A stretch of DNA of 64,000 nucleotides from Anthoceros angustus (lineage: Eukaryota; Plantae; Anthocerotophyta). The translations under genes were made by a program, and so were the position numbers. Below the pieces are notes generated by a model. It was not told where the DNA came from and ran no database searches. It was given only the letters and a program-made list of their open reading frames with translations. This document shows, in pieces, positions 24,982 through 36,072 of the stretch. The stretch's first letter is position 1; each line of letters starts with the position of its first letter. The stretch is from contig VJWM01000025.1 of assembly GCA_010909165.1 (NCBI GenBank), forward strand, positions 496,001-560,000, read 5' to 3'.

Positions 24982-26271
24982 ATGTCATCCCTCCCAGGGG
25001 AAGACGAGCAAGGCTCCCAGATGGAGATGGATGCGGAGGAGGAAGCTGTATGCAGCCAGCTGCCTGAGGAGGTTCAGGCCAGGATCCAGGCACGGCTCCC
25101 GCTGGTGAGCCTGATGCAGTCCCGCGCGGTGTGCAAAGCCTGGAATGCGGCCGCGTCGTCGCCGGCCTTGGCCTGGTTGCAGGAGAGGTTGGAATCGCGA
25201 GCGGGAGCGCCAGAATGTCTGCTCTTGGTGGTAGGCTTGTCCCTAATCCGGCGACCAGGCGCGGGACACGCATCCCGCATCGCCTCCTGCGTCTACGACC
25301 CCGAATCCCGGCGTTGGTACAAGCTGGACCTCCCGCCATGGCTGCGACACCTCGGGAGGGACGGGGCGAAGGAAATGTTGGAGATCCGCGAGGGGTGTCG
25401 ATCGGCGGGCGGCGGCGTCCTGCTCTCCACAACGTTCATGTGGGGGCCGCGGAAGATGGTCATCCCGCACGTGGGCAACCCGGTGGTGGGTTCTTGGACT
25501 CGTCACATGCCGGCCCTCCCGCGCGACCTCCAGAGCCGGCATGTGTTGGGCGTGTTTGTGGACGCCAGGGCGCGCTCCTTCAAGCTGGTGGCGGTGGACT
25601 GGGACAACCAACGCAAGCGGACTTTCGTGTTCGATTCCGCGCTGGGCTTGTATTTCTGGACAGAGACAACTCGCGCCTGGCCCACGACCACCGAGACGTT
25701 TATTGATAGCGCGTGCGATGTGCAGGGAGTGTTTGTGGGCACCGTGCTCTACTGCCTAGCCGGGGACTGCATCCATGGACACTGCAATCTGCTGGCCTAC
25801 GACCTGGTGCGGGCCAGCTGGAGCTGGATGGCCGTGTCCACACCTTCCCACCACTTCCAAATGATCTACTGCAACCTCATCAACGTGCGGGAGCGGCTGC
25901 TCTGCGTGGTTCTAGGTCGCGAGGAATTCATGCAGGAATCAGAAATGTGTGTGCAGATCTGGGAGATGGATTTCGCGGGCATCACCTGGACCGCAGTGGA
26001 CGCCATGCCCGCTTCCATATTCAATAACTTCAAGCTGGGGTTTTGGCGCTGCCGTCTGGCTCCAGCTGGCGGGTTTTTCAAGTACCGCATTCATGTCGTT
26101 TCAGGGCGGGACTCGCAAGTATATATCTCGCACGACGAGCTGGACAAGATGGTGGCTCTGGATTTGCGGAACACACCTGGGGCTTGGAGGTGGCTTCCCT
26201 CCTGGCCCTACGAGCTTTTTGTATCCAAGAGCCTTCACAGCGTGGATCCTTGGTTCCAGTTCGGTAGCTAG
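24982..26271 (+). CDS. F-box protein F2, intact single-exon ORF (~429 aa from first ATG), C-terminal beta-propeller-like domain
   Basis: QLPEEVQARIQARLPLVSLMQSRAVCKAWN F-box motif, followed by YDPESRRWY, VFDS...W, LYCL...LLAYDL...W and QIWEMD blades. No interruptions. Confidence 0.92.
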   Translation: MSSLPGEDEQGSQMEMDAEEEAVCSQLPEEVQARIQARLPLVSLMQSRAVCKAWNAAASSPALAWLQERLESRAGAPECLLLVVGLSLIRRPGAGHASRIASCVYDPESRRWYKLDLPPWLRHLGRDGAKEMLEIREGCRSAGGGVLLSTTFMWGPRKMVIPHVGNPVVGSWTRHMPALPRDLQSRHVLGVFVDARARSFKLVAVDWDNQRKRTFVFDSALGLYFWTETTRAWPTTTETFIDSACDVQGVFVGTVLYCLAGDCIHGHCNLLAYDLVRASWSWMAVSTPSHHFQMIYCNLINVRERLLCVVLGREEFMQESEMCVQIWEMDFAGITWTAVDAMPASIFNNFKLGFWRCRLAPAGGFFKYRIHVVSGRDSQVYISHDELDKMVALDLRNTPGAWRWLPSWPYELFVSKSLHSVDPWFQFGS

Positions 26272-26477
26272 GAGAACAATATGTATCCAGGAACATTATG
26301 GATCATTTACGCTGTCCTTAGTCAAAGTTATGCAATCTCCTGCACTGATTATCTGGGACTACGGTGATAGGGTGGTGTGTGGTTGATACTAACGGTACAT
26401 ATACTACGGTCTTCCTAGAAATGCCGCACCATTCACAGCCTTGCAACTGATCTGGAGAAGTTCAGGATAAGAGGGTT

Positions 26478-28830
26478 CTAGGGATGCTTCTCATCGCCAA
26501 CCAAAAAGCTATGCACCAGCCCACCCTGGTCTGTCCACCAGCTCTGACCTGGCTGCTTCCAAGCTCTCACCACTTTTCTCCTCGTCTGCATCTCCAGAGC
26601 CTGCTCCCACATCTGGGCATCTGTGTATATGTTGGACATCAACACGTATGCTGCGGCATCTTTCGTGTCTAACTTCACTGCTTCATTGAAAGCATGGCGT
26701 CCCACCTCCACGTTGCTCCACTTTCGACACGCACCCAACAGGGTGTGCCAAACATGGGCATTAGGCAACACAGGCATTGATCTTACCAGAGCCAGTGCCT
26801 CGTCCAGTTCCCCTGCACGGCCCAGGAGATCCACCATGCATGTGTAGTGGTCCTGTGTGGGTGTGATGCTGTAGAGCCTGCTCATGGCATCGAAGTACTC
26901 CGACCCCTTCTTCACGAGACCCGCATGACTGCATGCCGTTAATATACTGAGGACTGTCACGCCATCTGGCCATATGCCATCCGCTCTCATTCCCTCGAAC
27001 AAGTCAAATACCACGTCACTATTTCCTTGAGAGGTGTAGCCTGCAATCAATGCACTCCAGGCAAAAAGGTTCCTGGCTGGCAACGTATCAAACACCTGCC
27101 GTGCATCAACCATGTTCCCACACTTCCCATACATGTTAACCAGGCTGCCCGCTACAAAAGCATCAGCTTCAAGCCCTAGTTCTACAATCTGTGCATGCAG
27201 CTGCCTTCCCAGGCACAGACCTGCCACATTCGCACATGCCTGCAGGAGACACACAAATGTCACAGAATCGGGCACAGCTGTGCCTTCTGCTTGCATAGCA
27301 CTGTAAAGGCGAAGCGCTTCCTGGCCCATGCCCTGCTGGGAATATCCTGCTATCATTGCATTCCATGTCACAACGTTTTTTTGACCAAGTCCTTCAAACA
27401 CCCCTTGAGCATCTTCCAGGCTGCCACACTTTGCATACATGTTCACCAAACTACTGGCTACAAAAACATTACTGCCATGACCTTGTTCTGTAATCTGCCT
27501 ATGGAGATGCTTCCCCTTCTCCAACGCCTGGATGTTCCCCACACTAGCACATGCCTGCAGAAGGCACACAAATGTCACGGCATTAGGTACAGCCACGCCT
27601 TCTTCTTGCATAGCATTGTAGATACTCAGGGCTTCATGCCCCATGCCCTGCTGGGAGTACCCTGCTATCATGGCAGTCCACGTCACGACATCTTTTTTAA
27701 CAAGTCCATCAAACACTTTCTGAGCATCCGCCAAGCTGCCACACTTTGCATACATGTTCATCAAACTGTTGGCTAGAAACAAATCAGCTTCACATCCTCG
27801 TTCCCTGATTCGAGCATGTAGATGCTTCCCCTTCTCCAAAGCTCGGCTCCCCACACTTGCACAGGCCTGCAGGAGAGACACAAATGTCACAGAGTCCAGC
27901 ACAGCAATGCCCTCTTCTTCCATGGCATTGTGGAGATGAAGGGCTTCCTGCCCCATGCCCCGCTGTGAATATCCTGCAATCAGGGCAGTCCACGTCACTA
28001 CAGTCTTTTCACCAAGTCCATCAAAAACACTCTGAGCATCCTCCAAGCTGCCACACTTCGCATACATGTCCACCAAGCCACTACAAACAAACAAGTCACG
28101 CTCAACTCCACTGGCCAACACATCGGCATGCACCTGCTGCCCAGACTTCAAGTCTGATCCTTGCACAAGCCTGAAGGGCTGCCACAAACACATGCCCATC
28201 AGGCTTCACACTGGACCTCCGCATCCGATGATAGAGCTCTATGGCCTGCTTGTCCTGTCCATGTTTAACATGCGCAGAAATGATGGCAGACCAAGTGAAG
28301 GCATCTGGTTTGGCAACCACTTGAAACACATCCATCGCACCTTGCAACCTGCCATGTGAAGCATACATCCGCAGGATGTGATTGCAAAGGAACGTGTCCG
28401 ACTGGTACCCCATTCTCACCACGAAAGCATGGACGCGGCTCCCCAGGGCAAGATTCTTCTCCACCAGACATCTCTTCAGCACTGTGTTTACTAGAGTCCT
28501 GGAAGTGGTGCAGTCTGCCTGCACCAAAGCTTCCAAAGCGTCAACAGCATCCGTGAGGCGGCCCTCATGACACAGCGTGCTCACGGTTTCAGCTGTAACG
28601 GCCTGGTCGGCCCCCCGAGCCCTGCTAGGGTTTACAGAAGGAGGGATCCGCCGTCCCTCACTGGAAGATCCGTCGTCCACCAGAAATCCTGCGGGAGAGG
28701 CTGGCTTGTTTGCCATGCTGTAGGCCCTCCCGACTTGCTTGTGCACCAACCGTGGCTTCCTAGAAGTCAGGCAAGCGACAGCTCTTCCTACAATACCCGT
28801 AATCCCGCCACCCATGGCCAACGGATACAA
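26478..28830 (-). CDS. PLS-class PPR protein P1: 17 PPR motifs + E1-E2-E+ with WW-type PG box, no DYW catalytic part; putative organellar RNA-editing specificity factor
   Basis: ORFs 28102-28830 and 26478-28199 join across a 2-bp homopolymer loss at ~28159 (copy A reads gatccccttg, in frame). C-terminus ...VWHTLLGACRKW...AAAYVLMSNIY...KQPGQSWWTDQGGLVHSFLVGDEKHP*. Basic, transit-peptide-like N-terminus. Confidence 0.92.
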
Positions 28831-29139
28831 GCCCCGAGCTCATTACGAGCACTACCTGGAATATCATGCCTTCTCCTCCTCAACCCCGGAATCTCATGCA
28901 TATCATGCCTACGCATCAACCACCCGATGCAGCAAAGGCGATGCGCCTTGCGATCTCTCCCGTCGGATGAGACGTGAAAACTACGAAAATCAAACGTGAC
29001 GTGTACATGACCTACCTCAGCATTCATGCCAGTTATCCCGATTGCATCCCCAGAGAGGAGAGCTGGATTCTCTGCTGCCGTGCCCCGGCCTGTTGTCCTC
29101 GAAAACATAGCAACCAACACAGATCCGCAGACCAATTAC

Positions 29140-31480
29140 AGATGAATCTCAGAAGTGCTGGACTCCATGGGGATGCTCCCTCTCATCGCCCCCAAACCAA
29201 AAAGGTATGCACCAGGCCCACCTTGTCTGTCCGCCAGCTCTGAGCTGGCTGCTTCCATGCTCTGATTCTTTTTTTCCTCGCCTGCATCTCCTCCGCCTGC
29301 TCCCACATCTGGACAGCTGTGTATGTGTTGGTCAACACATCTGTTGCAGCATCTTTGCCCTCTAGCTTTACTGATTTGTTGAAAGCAAGAAGTCCCACCT
29401 CGACATCGCTCCATTTTCGACACGCACCTAACAGAGTGTGCCAAACTGCAGCAGAAGGCGGTACAGGCATCGATCTCACCAAAGCTAGTGCCTCGCTCAC
29501 GGCCTCAAAGTATTCCCACGCCTTCCTCTCTAGTCCAGGTGGGGACATTCCTTTCAGGCGATTCATCAAACACCTTCTGATGCTCCAGCACTTTCCACAC
29601 ATGCTAATCAAACTGCCTGCAATACACAAGTCGGCCTGAAGCCCTAACTCTACAATCTACGCATGCAGCTGCCTTCCCGAATGCAAAGCTGCCACACACG
29701 CACATGCCTCCGGGAGGCAGACAAATGTCACGGAATCGGGTACAGCCATGCCATCTTCCTGCATAGCACGGTGGACATGAAGGGCTTCCTGGCCCATGCC
29801 CTGCTGGGAATACCCTGCTATCATGGCAGTCCACGTCCCCACACTTTTTTGGCCAAGTCTGGCAAACACTTTCTGAGAATCTTCCAAGCTGCTGCACTTT
29901 GCATAAATGTTCACCAAACTGCTGGCTACAAACACATCAGCTTCATGTCCTTGTTTTCTAATCTGTGTATGCAGGTGCTTTCCCTTCTGCAACGCCGGGC
30001 TGCCCACACTTGCACATGCATGCAGAAGACACACAAATGTCACTGCACTGGGTTCAGCCATGCCTTCTTCTTGCATAGCACCATACAGAGAAAGGACTTC
30101 CTGGCCCATGCCCTGCTGAGAATATCCTGCTATCATGGCAGACCACGTGACCACATCTTCATAACCAAGTCCATCAAACACTGATTGTGCATCTTCCAAG
30201 CTGCCACACTTTGAGCACATGTTCACCAAATTGTTGGCCACAAAAGCATCACCTTCGAGCTCTCCTTCTCTAATCTGCGCATGAAGATCCTTCCCCTTCT
30301 CCGATGCCCGGGTACCCACACTTGCACATGCCTGCAGGAGGCACACAAACGTCATAGAATTGGGTGCAGCCATGCCTCCTCGTTGCATAGCACTGAGAGA
30401 TGAAGGACTTTCTGCCCCATACCATGCTGGGAATACCCCGCTATCAAGGCATTCCATGTTACCACATTGTTTTGAGCAAGTCCATCAAAGACTCCCTGAG
30501 AATCCTCCAAGCTGCCACACTTTGAATACATCTTCACAAGACTGCTCCCTACAAACACATCAGCTTCAGGTGCTCGTTCCCGAATTTCCGCATGCAGCCT
30601 GTTGGCTACGAATGACAGCAGATTCATATCCTCGTTCCCTAAGTTGTGCATGAAGATGCTTCCCCTTCTCCAACGCCTGGGTGCTCACACTTGCACACGC
30701 CTGCAGGAGACACAAAAACGTCACAGAACCAGGTGCTACGATGCCTTCATACTGCATAGCACTGTGGAGACGAAGGGCCTCATCCCCCATGCCCCTATCG
30801 TTGTGACCAAGTCCTTCAAAAACTCTCTGCGCATTCTCCAGCTGCCACACTTTGCATACATGTCCACCAGGCCTGCTTGTCTTCTCCATGTTTTAACATG
30901 CGCAGAGATGATGGCAGCCCACGTGAAGGCATCTGGATTGGACACCAGCTCAAACCCATCCCTCGCGTCTTGCAACCTGCCGTGAGAAGCATACATCGCA
31001 GGATGTGGAAGCCCAGGAACGTATTTGACTGGTACCCGTTTCTCACAGCGAAAGCATGGACCCGGCTACCCAGAACAAGATCCCTGTTTACCACACATTT
31101 CTTCAGCACAGTGTAAAGGAGAGATTTTGGAATACGATGGTCTGTCTGCACCATAGGTTCCAGAGACTCGACGGCCTGACTGAGATCAACATTATGACAT
31201 AGCTTGCTCACGGATTCAGCAGAAATGCCCCCATCGTCACGTGCAGGGCAACGACCCATTCCCCGCTTGCGCGCATCAGCCCAAGCTGGCTGGTGCAAAC
31301 TGCTTAACCAGAGGACATCTTGTCACTGCCTATTCCAGCCGGAACATCCACCTGGACGGGCTGGCTCCCTTACAGAGGTGCTGCAACCACCGAGTCCCAC
31401 TGCCAGCACTTGTCTCCTTGAAGTCAGGCCAGCAGCAGATCTTCCTACAGCCCCTCAACCCACAACTTCGTTGGGTGCAC
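29140..31480 (-). pseudogene. PLS-E+ PPR pseudogene P2 (copy A')
   Basis: Same fragmented PLS/E/E+ ORFs as 4770-7380, plus further deletions at ~30598 (~240 bp) and ~30795. Confidence 0.85.
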
Positions 31481-32122
31481 ATAAGCTGTGGCAACAACGG
31501 GTCCCCTTGCCCTCTGCGTGACTCCAACGCCACGCTCCGGACAACCATGGTTCACAGGAGCACAGGGTGCGCCTGTGGAAGCAACAGGAGGCTGCCAGGA
31601 GTTGTGCATCCTTGCTTGCTTCACAGGATTTCGGTTGCTGGCAATATTTCAGAATCCGGGATTTTTCCTTGTTTTCTCACCTACAAGATGGCCTATACCA
31701 GACAGGTCCCATTACGGAGAAGGCACATCAGACATGATCTCTTGCCATGCTCCATTCGCATTGGCAGTGCACTGGAAACACAAGTTCCTCCATAACACTC
31801 CGTGTCCGAGCATCTTCTGCAAACTTGGCAGAGAATGATGGTGAAAAAAGAATCACATTATGGGTAATGGAAGGCTATTTTTCTACCGGAGTTCAGAGTT
31901 TGGGGCATGGTGCTTCAATACACACCTAACGCGGTCAGAGAAATGGTGTGAAGCTGCACCGTTGTTACCGTGGAATCCATGACAATGAAACTACATGTCC
32001 AAGCTACAGCAACAGTGTCCCGATGCTAAAGCACAAGCCAAACATGTAGAATATTCGCTAGTGCAATCCCTCCAGGGATAATCTCTGAGAACAAAGGGAA
32101 GAACAGAAGGGTGTTCATCTCA

Positions 32123-33000
32123 TCAGTACAGGGGCCCCTCAGGATCCATCACACACCCAGGGTCAGGGTCCACCACACATCCAGGGTTAGCCTCCGAGTT
32201 CTTAAGAGTTTCATCCACCTTGCTTTCTTCTTCTGGAAAAGCAACGCTAGCTCGAAGACCTTTTTGTTCGTGATACGCCCTCTTCCAGATCTCTGCCATT
32301 TCAGTCCAGTACTTGTGGCGAGCCTTGGCGCGATGCATCCGAGCTAGATACTTGGCCGTCAAACCCGCAGTGGAAACTCTGCCTCCAAGTCCGCCAAGAT
32401 TTGCTCCCGCAAGCGGCCATGGGGTCACCGGACCACTTGAGGGGACATGGGGACACCAGAGCACTTGAGGGGCCATTTGGTGGTAACAAGCTGTGGGACC
32501 CAAAGGCCAGGAACTACGATTCACAAGGCCATCGAATTTGTGGTAGACAAGCGTCCACCAAGCATGTCCCCACTCAAGATTGAACCTGGTGTGCGCATGC
32601 ACGATTGCAGATGCTACCAGAGGACTAGTCCACCATATAAAGGGGTCTCTGTGGAGGAATTGAAGATGACCAAATGGTCACCTCCAACACAAAGGGTCAC
32701 TGAGTCACGTTCAGTGGGAGGAAGGGCCCTGCCGTCAATGATCATCCACTGGTCGATCAACCTTAACGCTGAGCACTGTGAGATATTGTGCAGTGTAGTT
32801 TGTGCAGGAGCACCCGGTGTACGTGCAAGCAAGCTTAGCGTCTCCTTCCGCACAAAGTCGCGACCTGAATGAGCCCCTGGGCTGGGGCCTTGCACCTCAC
32901 AATTACGCAGAACACACGCATGAGGCCGATCGAGGCCACTATATCCTCAACATGGCCATGATTTTCTCCATACGTTTCTGCCGCCCACCTCACTTCTGAG
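32123..33000 (-). pseudogene. ORF-X relic (copy A')
   Basis: ORFs 32614-32895 and 32123-32602. Retains ~48 bp (32353-32400) missing from copy A. Confidence 0.35.
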
Positions 33001-33252
33001 CAGGAGGGAAAAGAAGATTTTGAACCTCTAACACGACCTCGAATAGATGTACATAGGTGCAGAGCACAAGCACGCACAGGCTAATTCCGCCGTTGTGATC
33101 CGGAAGGAAAGGGTCATACATCTGATGCCAAAGATCAATAAAAGTCTGCAAGCTTCCGTCCAAAATTTATGGCCAGCCTAGCGCTCACTATGCATGTGGT
33201 CTACGGAAGAAAGCTCGCGAACTGTACTGATACGTGACTTCCTAAACTAGCC

Positions 33253-34539
33253 TTAATTCCAGCTGCCGAACTCCAGCCACGGATTCAGGCAGTGAAGGCT
33301 CTGCGTCACAAAACGCTTGTAGGGCCAGGAGGAAGCCACCTCCAAGCCCCGGGTGTTCGTCGCAAATCGACAGCCATTATCTTATCGAGCCCCTCTCGCT
33401 TGATGTATACTTGCGAATCCTGCCCCCACGACCTTGATATCGATGTCCAGGTGGCTCGGGAAACGTCTGCCATGGAAACGAGGAAGCATGGAAGCGGGCA
33501 TGGTGTCCAGCACCGTCCAGGCCATGCTCGCGAAATCCATCTCCCAGATCTGCACAACAACTCCTTCCCCAGGACTACGCATAAGAACCGGGCCGTGGAA
33601 GATGTCCTCACCTAGGACCACGCATAGCAGCCGGTCGCGCACGTTGATGAGGTTGCACTGCGCGATGTGGAAACGGAGAGGCGTGGACACGGCCATCCAT
33701 TTCCAGCTGGCCCGCTCCAGGTCGTACGCCAGCAAATTGTAGTTGTCGGTGATGCAGTACAGCACGGACCTCACAAACACCGTCTGCGCCTGCGATCCCT
33801 CACCACGCAGGCTTCTGTCAAACACCTCGTTCAGGGGCAAGGCGGTGGTAGTCACACTCCAGCTGCCCACCGCGGAATCGAACACGAAGGTGGGCACGGG
33901 TCTGCGCATGTCCATGTTATCCATCTTGTTGCGTGTATCTTTGATGGCCACCAGCTTGAAGCAACGCGCCTTCACGTCAACGAACACGCCCAACACATCC
34001 TGGATCCACAGACCACCCGGGAGAGCCGGCAGCGAGGCCCAAGAGCGCGCCAACGGGTTGCCCAAGTGCGGGATGGTGACCACGTCCCGCGCCCCTGCGT
34101 ACGCGCGCACCTTATTGTGGACAGCAGCAGGCCGCCGCCGCCCTTCCGACCCCGCAGCGCCCTCCATCATTTCCGGAACAGGCTGTGAAGCGTGGTGTTG
34201 CACCCGTAGCGGGAGTGGGAGTTGGTACCAACGGTTTGATCCAGGGTCGTAGACGCCGGAGGGGAAGCAGGAGGAGGTGCTGAAGCCTACTACCAAGAGC
34301 AGACAGTCCAGCGCTCCCGCTCGCAATTCCAAGCGCTCCCGCAACAAGGAGGGCGACACGGCGGCCGCATTCCAGGCTCTGCACACCGCGCGCGTCCGCA
34401 ACAAGCTCACCAGTGGCAGCCGAGCCTGAATCATGGTCTCAACGTCTCTAGGCAGCTCCAAGTCGCTGGATACAACGAATTCGTCATCTGCATCTGCATC
34501 CATCTCAGGCCCTCGCACTCCGCCGTCTGCAATCACCAT
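33253..34539 (-). CDS. F-box protein F1 (copy A'), nearly intact
   Basis: ORF 33382-34587 is open for ~400 codons. Two C-terminal frameshifts fall in G/C homopolymers. Restoring them gives ...WRWLPSWPYKRFVTQSLHCLNPWLEFGSWN*, matching F2. Confidence 0.85.
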
Positions 34540-34994
34540 CACCAGGGACCCTCGCTCAGCCTCCGGATCCGCCTGAGGACAACACACATACGCAGACCAA
34601 CCTCTTAGACACTACCTATTGTGACAGGGTTCTAGGAGATAATACCCACATCACACGACAGTAATTCGATCACGGAATTGATATATTGAATCACTATATA
34701 TAGGCTCTGAATTTGCTATCATCTCGAGGACTATGCATTTAATCTCGATACATAGATCGATGGGCCGATCTATCCCTGCTTACAAAATTCACTCTCTTAT
34801 CAATCCCATCCCTTGAGATGATTGAATACATGAGCTGATCATGCTTGTCACGGCGTGTGGTTGGGCTGATAATGTAGTCCATTTGATGGGTGCACCAGAC
34901 TTCATGTGCAAATTAGATCAGAACGACATGAGATGCAGATAGAGAAGGGTAACCTCGCGCAGAGACCACACACGAGGGAGGCCAGCACGCCCAG

Positions 34995-36072
34995 GTGCCC
35001 TCCTCGCAGATGGAACGATTCCAAAAGTTGTCGAAAGGTCATCTTCACGGGTCTGTCTGCGATATCTTCAACCAGGGAGTACTTCGGTGTGTCCTTGGCT
35101 ATGGGCGACAGCACTGATCCCTTCTTCCTCCGGCACTTGGGCTTGCCTGCAGCAGTTGCTGGGTTTTCAGCCTCCTTCATGATGACCTCTGGTCCAATCA
35201 CATCAACCTCGCGTCGTTGTACTTTTGTCTTTCTCCGAGTTTCTCCCCTTCATCGATGGGCTCTTCATCTCGGAGCTTCTTGTCTTCGTCCACCACAGTT
35301 AGAATCCGTGTCCCTGGCATGCAGTCAGAGAACACTCCCTTACCGTTTCATCCCCAGATGATTTCTGTGCCATCGTAACAAGCTGTTGGTTGTTCTTGGC
35401 AGGTCCTGCATTGGGCTTCTTAGTGTTTTTATTTCCGGTGCCCTGCTGAGGAAACTTTGGGCTTGATCAGTGCGTGTGTCCGGTTTCCTTGCACTTGGTG
35501 CAGGCGCCTTCACGCAATAGCCTGAAGGAGTGGATGCCCTTGGTGCAAGTAGCTTAGGCACATCATGGTACAAGTTGTTAAGTACCAAGTCCCATGACGG
35601 AAATCCGTCCTTAGTCGACTTAAATAAAATTCTTCTTCTTCTTCTTCTTAGCCCTTGGATAAAATGCAAGACTACTTTCTTTTGTTTCTCCCCTCATACC
35701 CCAACTTCTCATTTAGGACGCTCGTGCGGTCGATGTAGCTGACTAGAGTCTCATGGTCATCTTAATACAGGTCCAGGAGTTGGTTGTGACAGTCCCAGAA
35801 AAGGTTGGACTCAGAACTTCACCACAAATGCACAACATATTCCTGACCAGTCAACCTGGTTAGAACCCTTCAACTTCTCGCACCATGCCTCAGCCCTTTC
35901 CTCTCAAGGAAGTGGGAAAGTACTTGAGGTACGTCTTCAGAGCTACCATGATCCTGACCTTCATAGCATTTTTGAAGCTCAACAGATGTTCATCAGGATC
36001 ATCAGCAGGAGTTCCAAAGAAAGCAGGAAAAGCAAGGAGCTCAAAGCACTTTTTATCTGATGACCTCGACAT
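34995..36072 (-). mobile_element. Ty3/gypsy gag relic
   Basis: FPAFFGTPADDPDEHLLSF...YFPTSLRGK is a retrotransposon gag N-terminus. KYSLVEDIADRPVKMTFRQLLE is a gag-protease linker motif. Frameshifted. Confidence 0.7.

Larger units (their letters stand above)
27874..34997. repeat. Segmental direct duplication, copy A'
   Basis: Matches 3496-10863. Confidence 0.95.

Noticed and set aside
26420-26478. Possible read-through DYW domain after the P1 stop
   Set aside because: Another stop follows within 15 codons and there is no HxE/CxxC motif before the convergent F-box gene.
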